Positions 36,260-49,310 of a stretch of 64,000 nucleotides of DNA are shown piece after piece (positions within the stretch are counted from its first letter, which is position 1; every line of letters starts with the position of its first letter). The notes under the pieces were generated by a model that searched no databases, was not told the DNA's origin, and saw nothing but the letters and a program-made list of their open reading frames with translations. Source of the stretch: Felis catus (lineage: Eukaryota); contig NC_058368.1 in NCBI RefSeq assembly GCF_018350175.1, forward strand, positions 28,646,001 through 28,710,000, in the 5' to 3' direction. Made by a program: the position numbers and the translations under genes.

Positions 36260-36990
36260 GCCCTGATTGCTAAATGGATATGTGTGGGAGAAACATTTCA
36301 GTCAGTAGGAAAATCCAGTGCAAAAGCCTGAAATGAGTATGAGTCTGACATGTTGAAGGAATAGTGAGGAGGCCAGTGTGGCTGGAGAGAATAAGTCAGG
36401 AGGACACTTGTAGGAGATGAGGTAAGAGGAAATGGCGGAGTGAGATCAAAATAGCCTTTTGGACCATTGCAAAGATGAGGATTGAGCAAGGACTTGCATT
36501 ACTTGACTCCTATTTTATTATGATCACTGTGGCTGCTCTGTTGAGAATAAACTGCAGGGTGCAAGGGTTGAGGCAGGAGATGTGTTAGGTGAGAGAAAAG
36601 TTAAGAATGGCTGCAAGATTTCTGGTTTGAGCCTCTGGAAGGAGTAAGTTGCCATTTGCAGAACTGGGGAATACTGTGCGTAGAGCATATTTTGGTGTAA
36701 AGATCAGAAGCTCAATTTTGAATATGTTAGGTTTAACATATGTTAGGCATCTCAGTGTCTGTTGGTATCCATGTTTGGAGTTCAGTGGTCTGGGTTAGCG
36801 ATACAAATTTGGGAGCCAGCAATATATTAGTTGCATTGAAAGATGTAAGACTGGGTGAGTTCGTCAAGGAGAGGTGGTAGGTGGAATAGAAAAGAGGCTA
36901 GAACTGGGCCTCTGCATGCAGTGTTAGGAAGTTGAGGAGAAGAGGCAGAGCAAGCAAGGAAGACTTGGGGTCATGGTGAGGTAGGAAGGA
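36260..36990 (-). mobile_element. L2 fragment
   Basis: ggaggccagtgtggctggag...gatcactgtggctgct...ttctggtttgagc...gttgccattt. Confidence 0.7.
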
Positions 36991-37599
36991 AAGAGAGGAG
37001 GTGATGGGGCGAGGAGATGGGGGGAGAGGGAGAAAGTGGTAGAATCCCCTATGGTGTAAGTCTTGAAAGGAGGCAGCGCTCCGACTCTACCCCGGAAATC
37101 ACAGTGGTCAGCTCTTCCTCCTGCCTGCCTCCTGCAGCCAGGCTGTGGGTAGTAACCTTGGCTCCGCCAGTTAACTGCCCTGCCCAGGACTCTTGAGTCA
37201 TGAGGGAATTACGCAGAGGCTGTATGAACAGTTTACCTGTGGCGGTGTCCTTATTGTTAGAAGATGTATCTGAAGACTAGATTACAGATGAAGAATCATG
37301 ATTTCTGTAACTTAAGATAGTGTTTTTCCAACTTTCCTACAGGTTTAAAAATTACCAAAATGAAATGGGGGAAAAAGTTGTCCTCTGGTCATGATGTCCC
37401 AGGTGTGGGTCTAGTGGTACAAGGGACAGTGTCTCAGTGAGCTTTTCCTAAGGTGTGACTTTGTGTGACTTCTGTTTCTCCTTTGCCTTCTCTACCATGC
37501 TGTGGACTAGTAACTGAGTCGTGTTCTCTTCAGTAACCCATGGCTCCTGTGAGCTATTTCCTATAACTGCTGTAACAAACTCCAGTACCTTTAAAAAAA

Positions 37600-38335
37600 A
37601 TTATTTAAATTTAAGTTAGTTAACATACCGTGTAGTATTGGTTTCAGGAGTAGAACCCAGTGATTCATAACCCAGTGCTCATCCCAACAAGTGCCCTCCT
37701 TAATGCCCATCACCCCCACCCACTTCCTCTCCAGCAGCCCTCAGTTTGTTCTCTGCATTTAAGAGTCTTTTATGGTTTGCCTCCCTCTGTTTTTATATTA
37801 TTTTTCCTTCCCTTATGTTTCTCTGTTTTGTTTCTTTCCACATATGAGTGAAATCATATGGTGTTTGTCTTTCTCTGACTGACTAATTTCACTTAGCATA
37901 ATACCCTCTAGTTCCATCCATGTAATTGCAAATGGTAAGATTTCATTCTTTTTGATTGTCGAGTAATACTCCATATATGTACCATATCTTCTTTATCCAT
38001 TGATCCATCAATGGACATTTGGGCTCTTTCCGTACTTTGGCAATTGTTGATAGTGCTGCTATAAACATTGGGGTGCATGTGCCCCTTCGAAACAGCATAT
38101 CTGTATCCCTTGGATAAATACTTAGTAGTACAATTGCTCGGTCATAGGGTAGTTCCATTTTTAATTTTTTGAGGAACCTCCATGCTGTTTTCCAGAGTGT
38201 CTTCCCCAGTTTGCATTGCCATCAACAGTGGAGAAGTGTTCCCCTTTTTCTGCATCCTCGTCAACATCTGTTGTTTCCTAAATTGTTAATTTTAGCCATT
38301 CTGACAAGTGTCAGGTGGTACCTCATTGTGGTTGC
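37600..38335 (-). mobile_element. 5'-truncated carnivore L1 3' end
   Basis: [18 protein letters not shown]...CTPMFIAALSTIAK peptide plus carnivore L1 3'UTR. Confidence 0.88.
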
Positions 38336-39571
38336 AATGCCTTTTTACTATGCTAACTTGAGGTGGGGTTTCTGCTGTAGCAGTTATATGAAATAACTCC
38401 AGGAATCACAGGTTGCTTAGAGCCAAGATTAAATGAAGTAACATAAATAATGTGTCTATAACAATATTTGCCAAATAGCCAGTATTCAGTAAGTATTAGC
38501 TGATGTCTAGACTAATTCACAGGAAAATTCCTTTGATTTACACTCTAAATATACACATATTCTGTACGAGAAGGTACACCTGAGTTTTAGATGATGTTTC
38601 TACTTTTCTCTCAACTTTTCACTTAGCTATAATACATTTCTTCATCTATAAAATCTTTTTTAGTTTTTTTTACAGAGTTGCTGATTTCCTCATTTGTAAA
38701 GCCTCTGTCTCATATGGTTATTCTGGGAATGTATAAAGTATTTAGCAGATAGTAATCATTTAACAAATGTTGGCAGTTTTTGTTATTACGATGATTTAAG
38801 GCCTTAGTCTCTGGGACACCTAACTAGCTCACAACTGGCAATGTTGGAATTTGTGTTTTGCACAGCTACTTTTCCTAAGTATCATTGAGCCCTTTACAAA
38901 GGAAGTACCAGGTGCAGATGAGATCAGTATGTCTATTTTGCTGTTGGAGAGAGCAAAGCAGAGATTGTTTGGTTTAGTCCTGCACTTTAGAAGATCAGCC
39001 ACAGCCACAAATTAATGCTACTTAAAATTAGAACCATGTAGAATCTACTGAGAACTTTTGCCTGTTTTGTGCTGGTTTCATGTAGAAATTCTTGGCATAT
39101 AGGCTGGGGCTTTCCTAGAAATATTGAATTTTTGGATTATGTTGCTGGGGAACATGTTTATAGAAAAAATAGGAACCTATAAAGATGTAATAAGTTTGTA
39201 ATTTGTATTAAAGATGCCACCTTTTGGATGCTTTGGATGATCTTAAAATGCATTCTTCTGTATTGTTGACTTTATTAGTGTTGCTATTAGTGAGAAAATA
39301 ATAAATTGATAAATTCTGTAGTACCTCACCTTTTTTTGCTAATGTAGCATTTAAAATCTGAATTTCCCCAGTGCTTCACTTCTCCATTATATAACTTATA
39401 CTTTGGATACAAGTTTTAGAGCATAGTGGCTGACATAGGTGTGTCGATGGGGCCTAACATAGGCAGACATGTGCATTTCTATAAAGTCCTCAGGGCATTC
39501 GTTGTTGGGAAAGGCATGGTGTGTTGTTTTATTGTCTCTTGTAAAGGTGTGTTTCCTTTTTCTCTTTTTAG

Positions 39572-39649
39572 GTGATACAGTTAATATTGGAGATGTATCC
39601 TACAAGTTGAAAACTCCTAAGAGCCCAGAACTTGTGCCACAGAATTACA
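39572..39649 (+). CDS. VWA8: VWA8 coding exon 2 (78 nt)
   Basis: Polypyrimidine tract and acceptor tttcctttttctctttttag|GT. Continues exon 1 in phase 1 as (G)DTVNIGDVSYKLKTPKSPELVPQNY, matching VWA8. Donor TACA|GTAAGA. Confidence 0.96.
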
Positions 39650-40695
39650 GTAAGAAATACTCATTTATTTATGAGTGAATGCCTTTTAACTTTTCATTAT
39701 GGGAATTTTCAAAGATATCCAAAACTGGAGAGAAGAGTATAAACGTGATGTACTTATCATTCAGTTTTAACGTTTATCAGTGTATGCCAGTCTTCTTTTA
39801 ACTGACTCCTCTAGTCTTTGTTCTGGGGTATTTAAAACTTATCCCAGACAGACATCCTATCACTTCACCCCTGAATATTTCAGTAAAACATTTATTTTTC
39901 ACATACTTTTCTTTCTTTTTTTTCAATTGGGATCAAATTTACATATAATAAAATGCACAGATCTTAAGTATTCATTTTGGTTAGTTTTGGCAATTTTATA
40001 AACTTGTATAACCACCAAGATTACTTGCATTACCTCTGAATATTCTTTTGTGCCCCTTCCCCTCTGATCTGCCCCGGAAGCCAATGGTCTTTTTTCCTAC
40101 CATGATGGATTAGTTTTGCCTGCTCTTTAGCTTTATGTAAATAGAATCATATAGTATAGTTTTCCTGTGTGTGTATTTGGCTTCTTTCCATCAAGGTAAT
40201 GATTTTACAGGACCATCCATGGTCCTGTACTGATCAGTTTGTTCTTAATTGCTGAGTAGTGTCCCGTTGTATAAATAACAGCATAATTTATCTGTTCTGT
40301 CGATAGGCATTTGGGGGTTTCCATTTTTAGATTGTTGCAAATAAGGTTCTATGAACATTCCTGTACAAGTCCTGTAGTCATGACTTTTCACTTCTCTTGA
40401 ATAAATAATGAGGAGTTGGGTGGATGTGTCATTGGGTGGATGGCTGTTTCGCTTCATGAGATACTGCCAAACTGTTCTCCAAGGTACTTGTGCTGTTTTA
40501 GTCTTTGACCGACAGTGATGTTCTGTATCCTTGCCGACATTAGTATTTCTAATCTTTTTGATTTTACTCATTATACTAGGTGTGAAATAATAACTAGTCA
40601 TGGTTTTTGTTTTGTAACAGCTTTACTGAGATACAGTTAATATACCATAAAATTTACATTTTTTAAAAACTTCTTAAAATGTACAACTCAGTGGG

Positions 40696-40909
40696 TTTTT
40701 TTTTTTTTAACATTTATTTATTTTTGAGACAGGGAGAGACAGAGCATGAACAGGGGAGGGTCAGAGAGAGGGAGACACAGAATCCGAAACAGGCTCCAGG
40801 CTCCGAGCTGTCAGCACAGAGCCCGACGCGGGGCTCGAACTCACGGACTGCAAGATCATGACCTGAGCCGAAGTCGGCCGCCCAACCGACTGAGCCACCC
40901 AGGCGCCCC
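40696..40909 (-). mobile_element. Felid SINE
   Basis: Flanking duplication ACAACTCAGTGG(G)TTTTT. Confidence 0.92.
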
Positions 40910-42127
40910 ACAACTCAGTGGTTTTTAATGTATTCACAGAGTTGTGCAACCATGCCACTCTTTAACTTTTGAACATTTTCATCACACCAAAGAGAAACCT
41001 CGTACCATTAACTCCTTGTTTCCTTCTCCAACAACTTCATACACCCCACACCCCCCCATCCTTCAGTAACCGCTACTATATTTTCTGTATCTATAGATTT
41101 GCCTACTCTGAACATTTCATATAAATGAGATCATACAATATGTGGCCTGTGTCTGGCTTTCTTCACTTACATTGTTTTCAAGGTTCATCCACATTGTGGC
41201 CTGTATCAGTACCCGATTCCTTTTATGGCTAAATAATATTCCATTGTGTGGCTATACCACATTTTGTTTATCCAGTCATTGGTTGACAGACATTTGGTTT
41301 TTCTCTACTTTTAGGTTGCTATGAATAATACCGTTATGGACATTCATATACGTTTTTTGACAGATACGGGTTTTCAGTTTTCTTGGGTATATATTTAGGA
41401 ATGGAATTGCTAGGTCAGATGGTAGCCCTCTGTTTAACATTTTGAGGAATTATCAAACTGCCCTCCACAGAGGCTGCCCCATTTTACGTTCACACCTGCA
41501 GTGTCCGGGGGTTCCAGTTTCTCCGCATCTTCACCAGCATTTATTATTACCTGTTTTTATTATGGGAAGTGGTATCTTGTTGTTTTGATGTGCGTCTCCC
41601 TAATGCCTCACAGGCAATTTTTTGCTCAAAATCATGCCGCTTCTTTTCTCACAATTCCTTAAATGAATCCTAATGCTTTAGGAACAAAGATCATTCCTTA
41701 CCTTTCATGATCTAGTCCCAGCCTCGTCTCCTATGACTCCCCTTCCTTATTTTATGTTCCAGTCATTGGACACAAAACGGCTATTTTTTTTTTTTGGTTC
41801 ACTTTTCAGATTCTTCCACTAGACTATGTGCTCCTTGAGGGAGAATGTCTCACTTTCATCTGACATAAGTTTCCAATGACTCTGCCTCCTGAATGGCTCT
41901 GCAGACTGTCCTCTCCTCTTTGCCTCACTTTTCTTTTACTGCATTTTTTCTTTTTTTGAGTTATTTTCTCAGTGGTCACTCCAGGGACCACAATTACCAA
42001 TTTAGCTTAAAACAAACTTGTTCCTATTAATAACTTAATTTCAGTTGTGTGCAAAAACTTTTTCTAATGTAGCTCTTTTCCCTTCTACTTCCTTTTTGCT
42101 GTTATCATACAAAATAGGTCTTTAAAA

Positions 42128-42148
42128 TTTTTTTTAATGTTTATTTTT

Positions 42149-42186
<38 letters not shown>

Positions 42187-42349
42187 ATGGGGGAGGGGCA
42201 GAGAGAGAGGGAGACGCAGAATCTGAAGCAGGCTCCAGGCTCTGAGCTTTCACTGCAGAGCCCCATATGGGGCTCGAACTCACAAACTGCGAGATCATGA
42301 CCTGAGCTGAAGTCGGACGCTTAACCGACTGAGCCACCCAGGCACCCCC
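42128..42349 (-). mobile_element. Felid SINE
   Basis: Reverse head and (GA)n. Confidence 0.9.
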
Positions 42350-42723
42350 AAAATATATATTTATACATTAAAATCTATCATCACAATTTTATAATTATCA
42401 CTACATGAATTTGTCTCTTAAGAAAGGAATTACAAATAAAAATATGTTCATACTGTCTTTATATTTACATATTTACTAGTATTCTTTGTTTCTTTGTGTG
42501 CATTTGAGTTACCATCTAGTGTAGTTTCATTTCAGCTTGAAGGAGGGACTCACTTTAGTATTGCTTGTAGGGTAGAGCTGCTAGTGATAAATTCTCTCAG
42601 TTTTGGTTATCTGGAAATTTATTAATTTTACCTTTGTTGTTTGATGAATTCTTGATTGACAGTTTTTTTTCCCCCCAGCATGTTCAATATGTCATCCTAC
42701 TGCCTCTGGCCTCCATAGTTTCT

Positions 42724-42954
42724 TTTTTTATTTACTTAAAAAAAATTTTTTTTTATGTTTATTCATTTTTCAAAGACAGAGACAGAGCGCAACCAGGGGT
42801 GGGGCGGAGAGAGAGGGGGACACAGAATCTGAAGCAGGCTCCAGGCTCTGAGCTGTCAGCACAGAGCCCGACGCAAGGCTTGAACTCACCAACTGTGAGA
42901 TCATGACCTGAGCTGAAGTTGGATGCTGAACCGACTGAGCCATCCAAGTGCCCC
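42724..42954 (-). mobile_element. Felid SINE
   Basis: TSD GGCCTCCATAGTTTCT. Confidence 0.92.
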
Positions 42955-45900
42955 AGGCCTCCATAGTTTCTGATGAGAAATCAGTTATTGATTTTACCAA
43001 GAATCCCTTCTGATGATGAGCCACTTCTCTGTGCTCTCATACAGTCCATTTATCTTTGTCTTTTGATGGTTTGACTATGATGTGTCTAAGTGTGGTCTCT
43101 TTGAGTTTGCCCTATTTGGAGTTTGTTGAGCTTCTTGGATATGCATATTAATGTTTTCCATTAATTTGGGGGAGTTCTTTGTAATCATTCTTCATTATTA
43201 TTTCTTCCCTCCTCTCTGTCTTTCTGGGACTCACATGATGTGTGTGTTAATATACTCGAAGGTGTACTATAGCTTTCTGAGGGTCTGTTAATTTTTCTTT
43301 ATCCTTTTTTCTTTCTGTTTCTTGGGCTGGATAATCTCAATTGACTTACTCAAGTTTGCTGATTATTCCGCCTGCTTACATCTGTTGTTGAGCCTCTTTG
43401 GTGATTATTTTTCATTTCACTTATTATAGTTTTTAACTTCAGAATTTCTCTTTGAATTTTTTATAATTTGTATTTATTGATATTTTCTAGTGAGATATTG
43501 TCATACTTTAAATTTTTAGACGTGATTTCTTTTTGTTCTTTGAACATGTTTGTCATAGCTAATTTAAAGTGTTTGTCTACTAAATTCAGTATCTGGCTTC
43601 CTCAAAGATTTTTTTTTTTGACTGCTTTTTTCCTCTGTATATGCTATACTTTCCTGTTTCTTTGTGTTTCTTATCATATTTCTTTTGAAAACTAGAGCTG
43701 TTAACTAGTATAATTGGACGACTGGAAATCAGATGCCGCCTTCCCTAGGCTTTGGTTTTGCTCCTGTTTGTTTAATGACTTTTGTAGACTATTTTTTTGA
43801 AGTCTGTATTCTTTGCCATATGTAGCCATTGAAGTTTTTACTCAGTTAGCTTAATGGCCAGCCAGTGATGGAAGAGAGATTTCTTAAATGCCTCAAAGAA
43901 ATCAGTTCTCTTAGCCTTTGACCAGGGTCTCTTGTGTGTATGTTGGACATGATTTCAGGGCTTCACAGGCAGCTTACAAGTTTGCTTGTGTCTTCCGGCT
44001 TGTGCAAATCTTCAATGTCAGCTGAAGGTGAGCGATTAGGCCCTTCTCAGAACTTTCCCAGACATGTGCATGGCCTTCTAGATTCCTAGTTGTACACTGT
44101 ATGCCTTGGACATCTTACTCCCAGTTTTTCCTTTTAAGTTTTTTGTTTGTTTGTTTGTTTGGTCATCCTCTTGTTAGCACCAACTAGTTTTGGTGCCTCC
44201 AACTATGATGTTAAACAGTTGTTGATTTTTTGTTGTTATTTGCACACTGGGAGCTCCAAGTGGGTCACATGAAGTCAAGTTCTAACAAATGGGAGCTTTT
44301 CGGCAAGCTGTTAGATAAGTCAAGTAGGGATAGTTTTCTGGGGGTGGGGCTCCTAGGAAGCTGCAACCCTGTTCTGTCCCCTCCAGTGGTTGCCAGGCTG
44401 CTCGTTTTCGCCAGCATTGTAGGCAGTTGTTTTTCAAGGTTTCCAGAGAGCCTACGAGAGAGATGGGGAAAGGGCAAGTTAAAATACCACAGAACTTACT
44501 GTTCATACTAAGGGTCACCTGTTTTTCTTGGATAAATGATCGCCAGATTGTTAGAAGTCTTGTTAATTTCTAGAGTTCTAAAAAAAAATTGATTTTGACA
44601 GCTTTTTGCAGTGTTGCCGTTGGTTTTTTAGAGGAGTGGATTTTCAGAGGTCCTTACTCTGCTATTCCAGGAGTGCATGTCCTCTCACTGTGGTTGTAAT
44701 TTGCATGTCGCTGATGAGTAATGGTGTTCAAGATATTTTCCTGTAATTAATGGTTATTTGCATATCTTTCATGAACTATCTTAAAATATTTTGCCTATTG
44801 AAAGAAACTGAGTTCACCTTCTTATTGTTGATTTGTAACATTTATATACTCTAGACACAAGTCCTTTGTCATGCTTACATATTATGAATACTTGTTTTCG
44901 GTCTCTGCCTTGCCTAATCGTTTTCTCAGTGGTATCATTTAGTTGGCAGAAGTTTTGATTACATACAGTTTATCTTTTATTGTGGTTAATGCTTATTATG
45001 TCTTAGAAATCTTTGTCTACTTCAAAGTTGTGAAGATAAGTCTGTTGTTTTTTTTTCATAAGAACTTTAGAGCTCTGTTTTATTTGAAAGGGATAGGTCC
45101 ATTTCATCTCAGTTTTAAAATTTATTGGCAATTTTTTCATAATGTAGCCTTTATTCTTTAAATATCTGTAGAATCTGCATTGCTATTCCCTTTTTTATTC
45201 CTAATATTGGAAATGAGGGTTTTTTTTTCTTTCTCTTTAATCACCCTAAGGAGTTTATCAGTGATAATAACTTTCAAAAAAATAGCTTTTTGTTGATTTT
45301 TCTCTGTTGTTTGTCCATTTGTTATTTCACTGATTTCCACTCTTTAATACTTCCTTACTTTTATTTACTTTGGTTCCTATTCTTTGTCCAACTATTTAAG
45401 ATAGAGGGTCAGATTCCCGCCCCCCCTTTTTTCCCCTAAGTTAGATCTCCAAAGCTATAATTTTCCATCAAAATAGTGCTTTTGCTCTACCTCATAAAAG
45501 TTGATATGTTAAGGTTTCATTATTATTTCTCTCAAGATATTACTAAAAAATCACAAATTTTTTCTTTGGTTAGAGTTATTTAGAAGTGTGTTTGCTTCAT
45601 TTTCAGTATTTGGTTTGTTTTTCTTTACCTTACAGTTATTGATTTCTAATTTAATACTATTATGGTCAGAGAATATTCTCAGTTCTTTGAAATTGAAATT
45701 ATTGAGACTTATGATCAGCATATGGCCTCTTTAAGTGAGCATTTCATGTAAACTTTGAAAAGAATTGATGTTCTGCTGATATTGGCTGTTGTAGTCTATA
45801 AATACAGATTTGGTCAATGTTGACAATATTGTTCAAGTCCTTTATGTTTTTATTGATTTTATCTACCTCTTCAGTCAATAAAGTGGTGTTAAACTGTCTG

Positions 45901-46416
45901 TTATGATTGTAGATTTGTCTGTTTTCCCCTTTATCCTACTCATTTGTATTTTGTATATTTTAAACCTCTATAATAGGTATGTACATATTTATAATTGTTA
46001 CGTCTTCTTTATGAATGGTCCTTTTTATTATGCAATGCTGTCTTTTTCTGGTAACACTGTTTTTCTTAAAGTTTATTTTGTCTGATAATAATGTGAACCA
46101 TACCATCCTTCTTGTGCTGTTTGTATGGTATGTTCTTTTTCACTCTTTTACTTTCAGCTAGTTGTGCCTTTATATTTCAAGTGTGTCTTTTGAACAGCTT
46201 ATTCATCCATTCTGACAAGCTCTTTCTTTGAATTGGAATGTTCAGCCCATTTACATTTAATATAATTATTGATTTAGATGTGTTTAAGTCTACCATCTTG
46301 ATGTTTTTTTGCTCTTTGTCCTGTTTGTGATACATCTTTTCTTGTCTTCTTTTTAGGGATAATATATCCATTTTGTCTCTTTCATAGGCTATCTCATTAT
46401 GCCTCTTTTTCTAGAG

Positions 46417-46628
46417 TAGCTCTGTCCAGTAGAATTTTCTGTAGTGATGGATATGCTTTATATTTGTGCTGTCCAATATAGCAGGCACTAGCTACATGTG
46501 GTTAACCATTCAAAATGTGATCAGTGCAATCAAGGAAAATAATTTTAGATTTTATTTCATTTTAGTTAATTTAAACTCAAATTTAAATAGCAACATGTGA
46601 CTAGTGGATACTCTATTGAACAGAGATG
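46417..46628. mobile_element. MER3 hAT-Charlie MITE with 8-bp TSD
   Basis: ctgtccagtagaattttctg...gctgtccaatatagcag...ctagctacatgtgg. Flanked by TTCTAGAG (46409-46416) and CTCTAGAG (46629-46636), the typical Charlie target. Confidence 0.85.
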
Positions 46629-47244
46629 CTCTAGAGATTATAATATGCATCTACAACTTACCATAGTCTACTTTCAAATAATACATCTATTTCAGGAACA
46701 ATGTGATAACTTTTCAACACTGTGCTTTCATTTACTTCTCACACCTTTGGTAGTCTCATTTTCATATATTTTAATTTCGTTAAAATTAAATATGCTAAAA
46801 CACTATGATATTATTTTTTTACTTTAGGCAATCAATGGAATTTTAAAGAAATTGAATATATATATGTAAAATGGAGATGGTTTTTAAAGTTTTTAATATT
46901 TATTCATATTTTGATGCTTTATGCTTCTTTTCATTTCGTTTTGCAGATTCAGGCATCTCTCTGAAGGCATTTCCCTTCAGCCAGAAGAGTTTCTTTACCA
47001 CTTCTTTTAGTAGATTTGTGATATGAATTCTCTCCTCTGTTGTCTATCTTTTTTTTTTATTTTTATGTTTTTTTTTGTTTTTTTTTTTTTTTTTTTTTTA
47101 GTGTAAGCTCCATACCCAACATGGGGCTCAAAAACTCATGACCTGAGATCAAGAGTCTACTCTGCTCTACTGACTGAGCCAGCCAGGTGCCCTGTATCTC
47201 TATAGTCTATCTTAAAATGTATTTATTTTACTTTCATTTTCAAA

Positions 47245-47279
<35 letters not shown>

Positions 47280-48687
47280 GATACAGAATGCCAGGTTTTT
47301 GTTTTGTTTTGTTTTTTATATCTTCTGGTTTCTGTTGTTTCCAACAAAACACCAGCTGTCATTTTTGTTGGGCTCCTATTTGCAATTTGTCCTTTTTCTC
47401 TATCTGCGTTTAAATTTTCTTAACCAAAAATTTGGCTTTGATGTACTTAGCTGTGGTGTTCTTTGAATTTAACTTCTTTGTGTTTTTCTGAGCTCCTTGA
47501 ATCTCTGGGTTAATAACTTTAATCAATTTTGGAAAATTCTTGGCCATAATTAAGTTAATTGATTTTCTTTTCAGCTTTGTATGATCTTGTGTTAGTCCCT
47601 TTTGATGATTCATTCATTTCTGTTAATACATTTTTCATTTCTATGTCCATTTAACTTATCTTTATATTTTCCATCTCTTATGCTGGAATACACTCATGTT
47701 TTCCTCCTTTTCCACAAGTATTTTAACATATTTTTTAGGGTCTAATAATTCTAGCACCTAGACTATTTTTAGAACTGTTTTTATTGATTTTTGACCACGG
47801 ATCACATTTTCTTCTCTGTCTCATAATATTTTATTGTATGCCAGATATTGTGTATAAAGGAACAGTAGAGATTGAAGTAAGTGATATTTACCCCAGAAAA
47901 GGGCATGTCTCTTCATCTGCTAAGCCCCATGTAGGGAGTTGGAGGTGTGGTGGAGGTGGGGGGTGGGAGCATGGGAGGAGGGAGTGTGAGGTGAGTTGGC
48001 CTAATATGTGCTTGACTTGGGACTGGCCTTTGTTTTAGCTTAGTTGCATTCCATTTATCTCTACCTTTAAAGGTTTTGAGAAAGACATCAGGACTTTCTT
48101 TATAGCAATGTTCAGGATGTGAATTCTGGTGAGATTCCAGAGCTTTCTTTATGGTTTATAGCTGAATCTCCAGCTCTACCAGCCATGGCTAATCTCTCTT
48201 AGCTTTATAGCTGCATCTTTGGATTGCTGGGGAGTTTAGTCATTTAGTCCTGTATTCTGCTTTCTCCAACCCAGATCTCCTTTATCCTGTTGCCCTGCCT
48301 CCAGCCTCCAGAGGACATGTCAGTGAAGGCCAGGAGTGCCCCAACAGGATTTATCTCAGCTCTTCTGCCCTAATGCCTTGAGTGTGACTGCTCCCTAATA
48401 CCGTATAAGGCCATGAAGTGCCTTGGAGGGATTTCTGTTGCTCCCACTCCCAGCCTTCAATGGGTTGTTGCCTTGCACTAAGAAAAGGTCCAGCATGCTT
48501 CAGGAAGAATCCTCTCAGTTCTTGCCCTGCCCCTGGTTTTTAGTGTGCACGCCTGTGTACTCAGTAAGGGCCAATGGGAAAGAGTTGATGGGTAGGTGTA
48601 GACTCTCTCTGTGGCTAAGGCTTCTCAGGAGACTAGTTCATCGTGTCAGCTCGTGTGAAGCCATTGTAAGTTTTAAAATTCAGTTTT

Positions 48688-48899
48688 GGGGCACCTGGGT
48701 GGCGCAGTCGGTTAAGCGTCCAACTTCAGCCAGGTCACGATCTCGCGGTCCGTGAGTTCGAGCCCCGCGTCGGGCTCTGGGCTGATGGCTCAGAGCCTGG
48801 AGCCTGTTTCCGATTCTGTGTCTCCCTCTCTCTCTGCCCCTCCCCCGTTCATGCTCTGTCTCTCTCTGTCCCAAAAATAAATAAACGTTGAAAAAAAAA
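48688..48899 (+). mobile_element. Young felid SINE
   Basis: TSD TTAAAATTCAGTTTT. Confidence 0.93.
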
Positions 48900-49099
48900 T
48901 TAAAATTCAGTTTTAAAGTTCAGCTTGCTTATCCTGATACACCTATGGCAGATTCTTCCTTCTCCTGCCAGTCTACTAGGGGGAAAATTAGCTCTGGGTC
49001 TCTTCTCTTCTTGAAAGTACTCATTACTTTCTAGAATTTGGTTCATTCAGGTTTCTTTGTATTCTTAGCTGTACGATGGGTTTTAAGAAACTGTGATTT

Positions 49100-49310
49100 G
49101 GGGGGCCCCCAGGGTGGCTCTGTCGGTTAAGCATCCAACTTTGGCTCAGGTTGTGATCTCGTTGTTCATGAGTTCAAGCCCTGATTCATGCTCTCTGCTG
49201 TCAGCACAGCATCTTCCTCGGGTCCTCTGCCCACCCCCCCCCCCCATGCCTCTCTTGCATGCAGTCTCTCTCAAAACTAAATACACATAAAAAAATATTA
49301 AAAAAAAAAA
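49100..49310 (+). mobile_element. CanSINE
   Basis: TSD AAGAAACTGTGA. Confidence 0.88.

Larger units (their letters stand above)
20227..39571 (+). other. VWA8: VWA8 intron 1 (~19.3 kb)
   Basis: GT...AG boundaries with matching phase between exons 1 and 2. Confidence 0.93.
39900..48600 (-). mobile_element. Nested ancient L1M (MB/MC/MD/ME-type) fragments interrupted by SINEs and a MER3
   Basis: Several reverse L1 3'-end signatures (40100-41600). ORF1/ORF2 remnants TDFSSETMEA, IIILNVNGLNIPIQRK, NFPKLIKVINPEIQGAQ. Confidence 0.7.

Noticed and set aside
39469..39678. 69-aa ORF as a standalone gene
   Set aside because: It is VWA8 exon 2 plus in-frame flanking intron.
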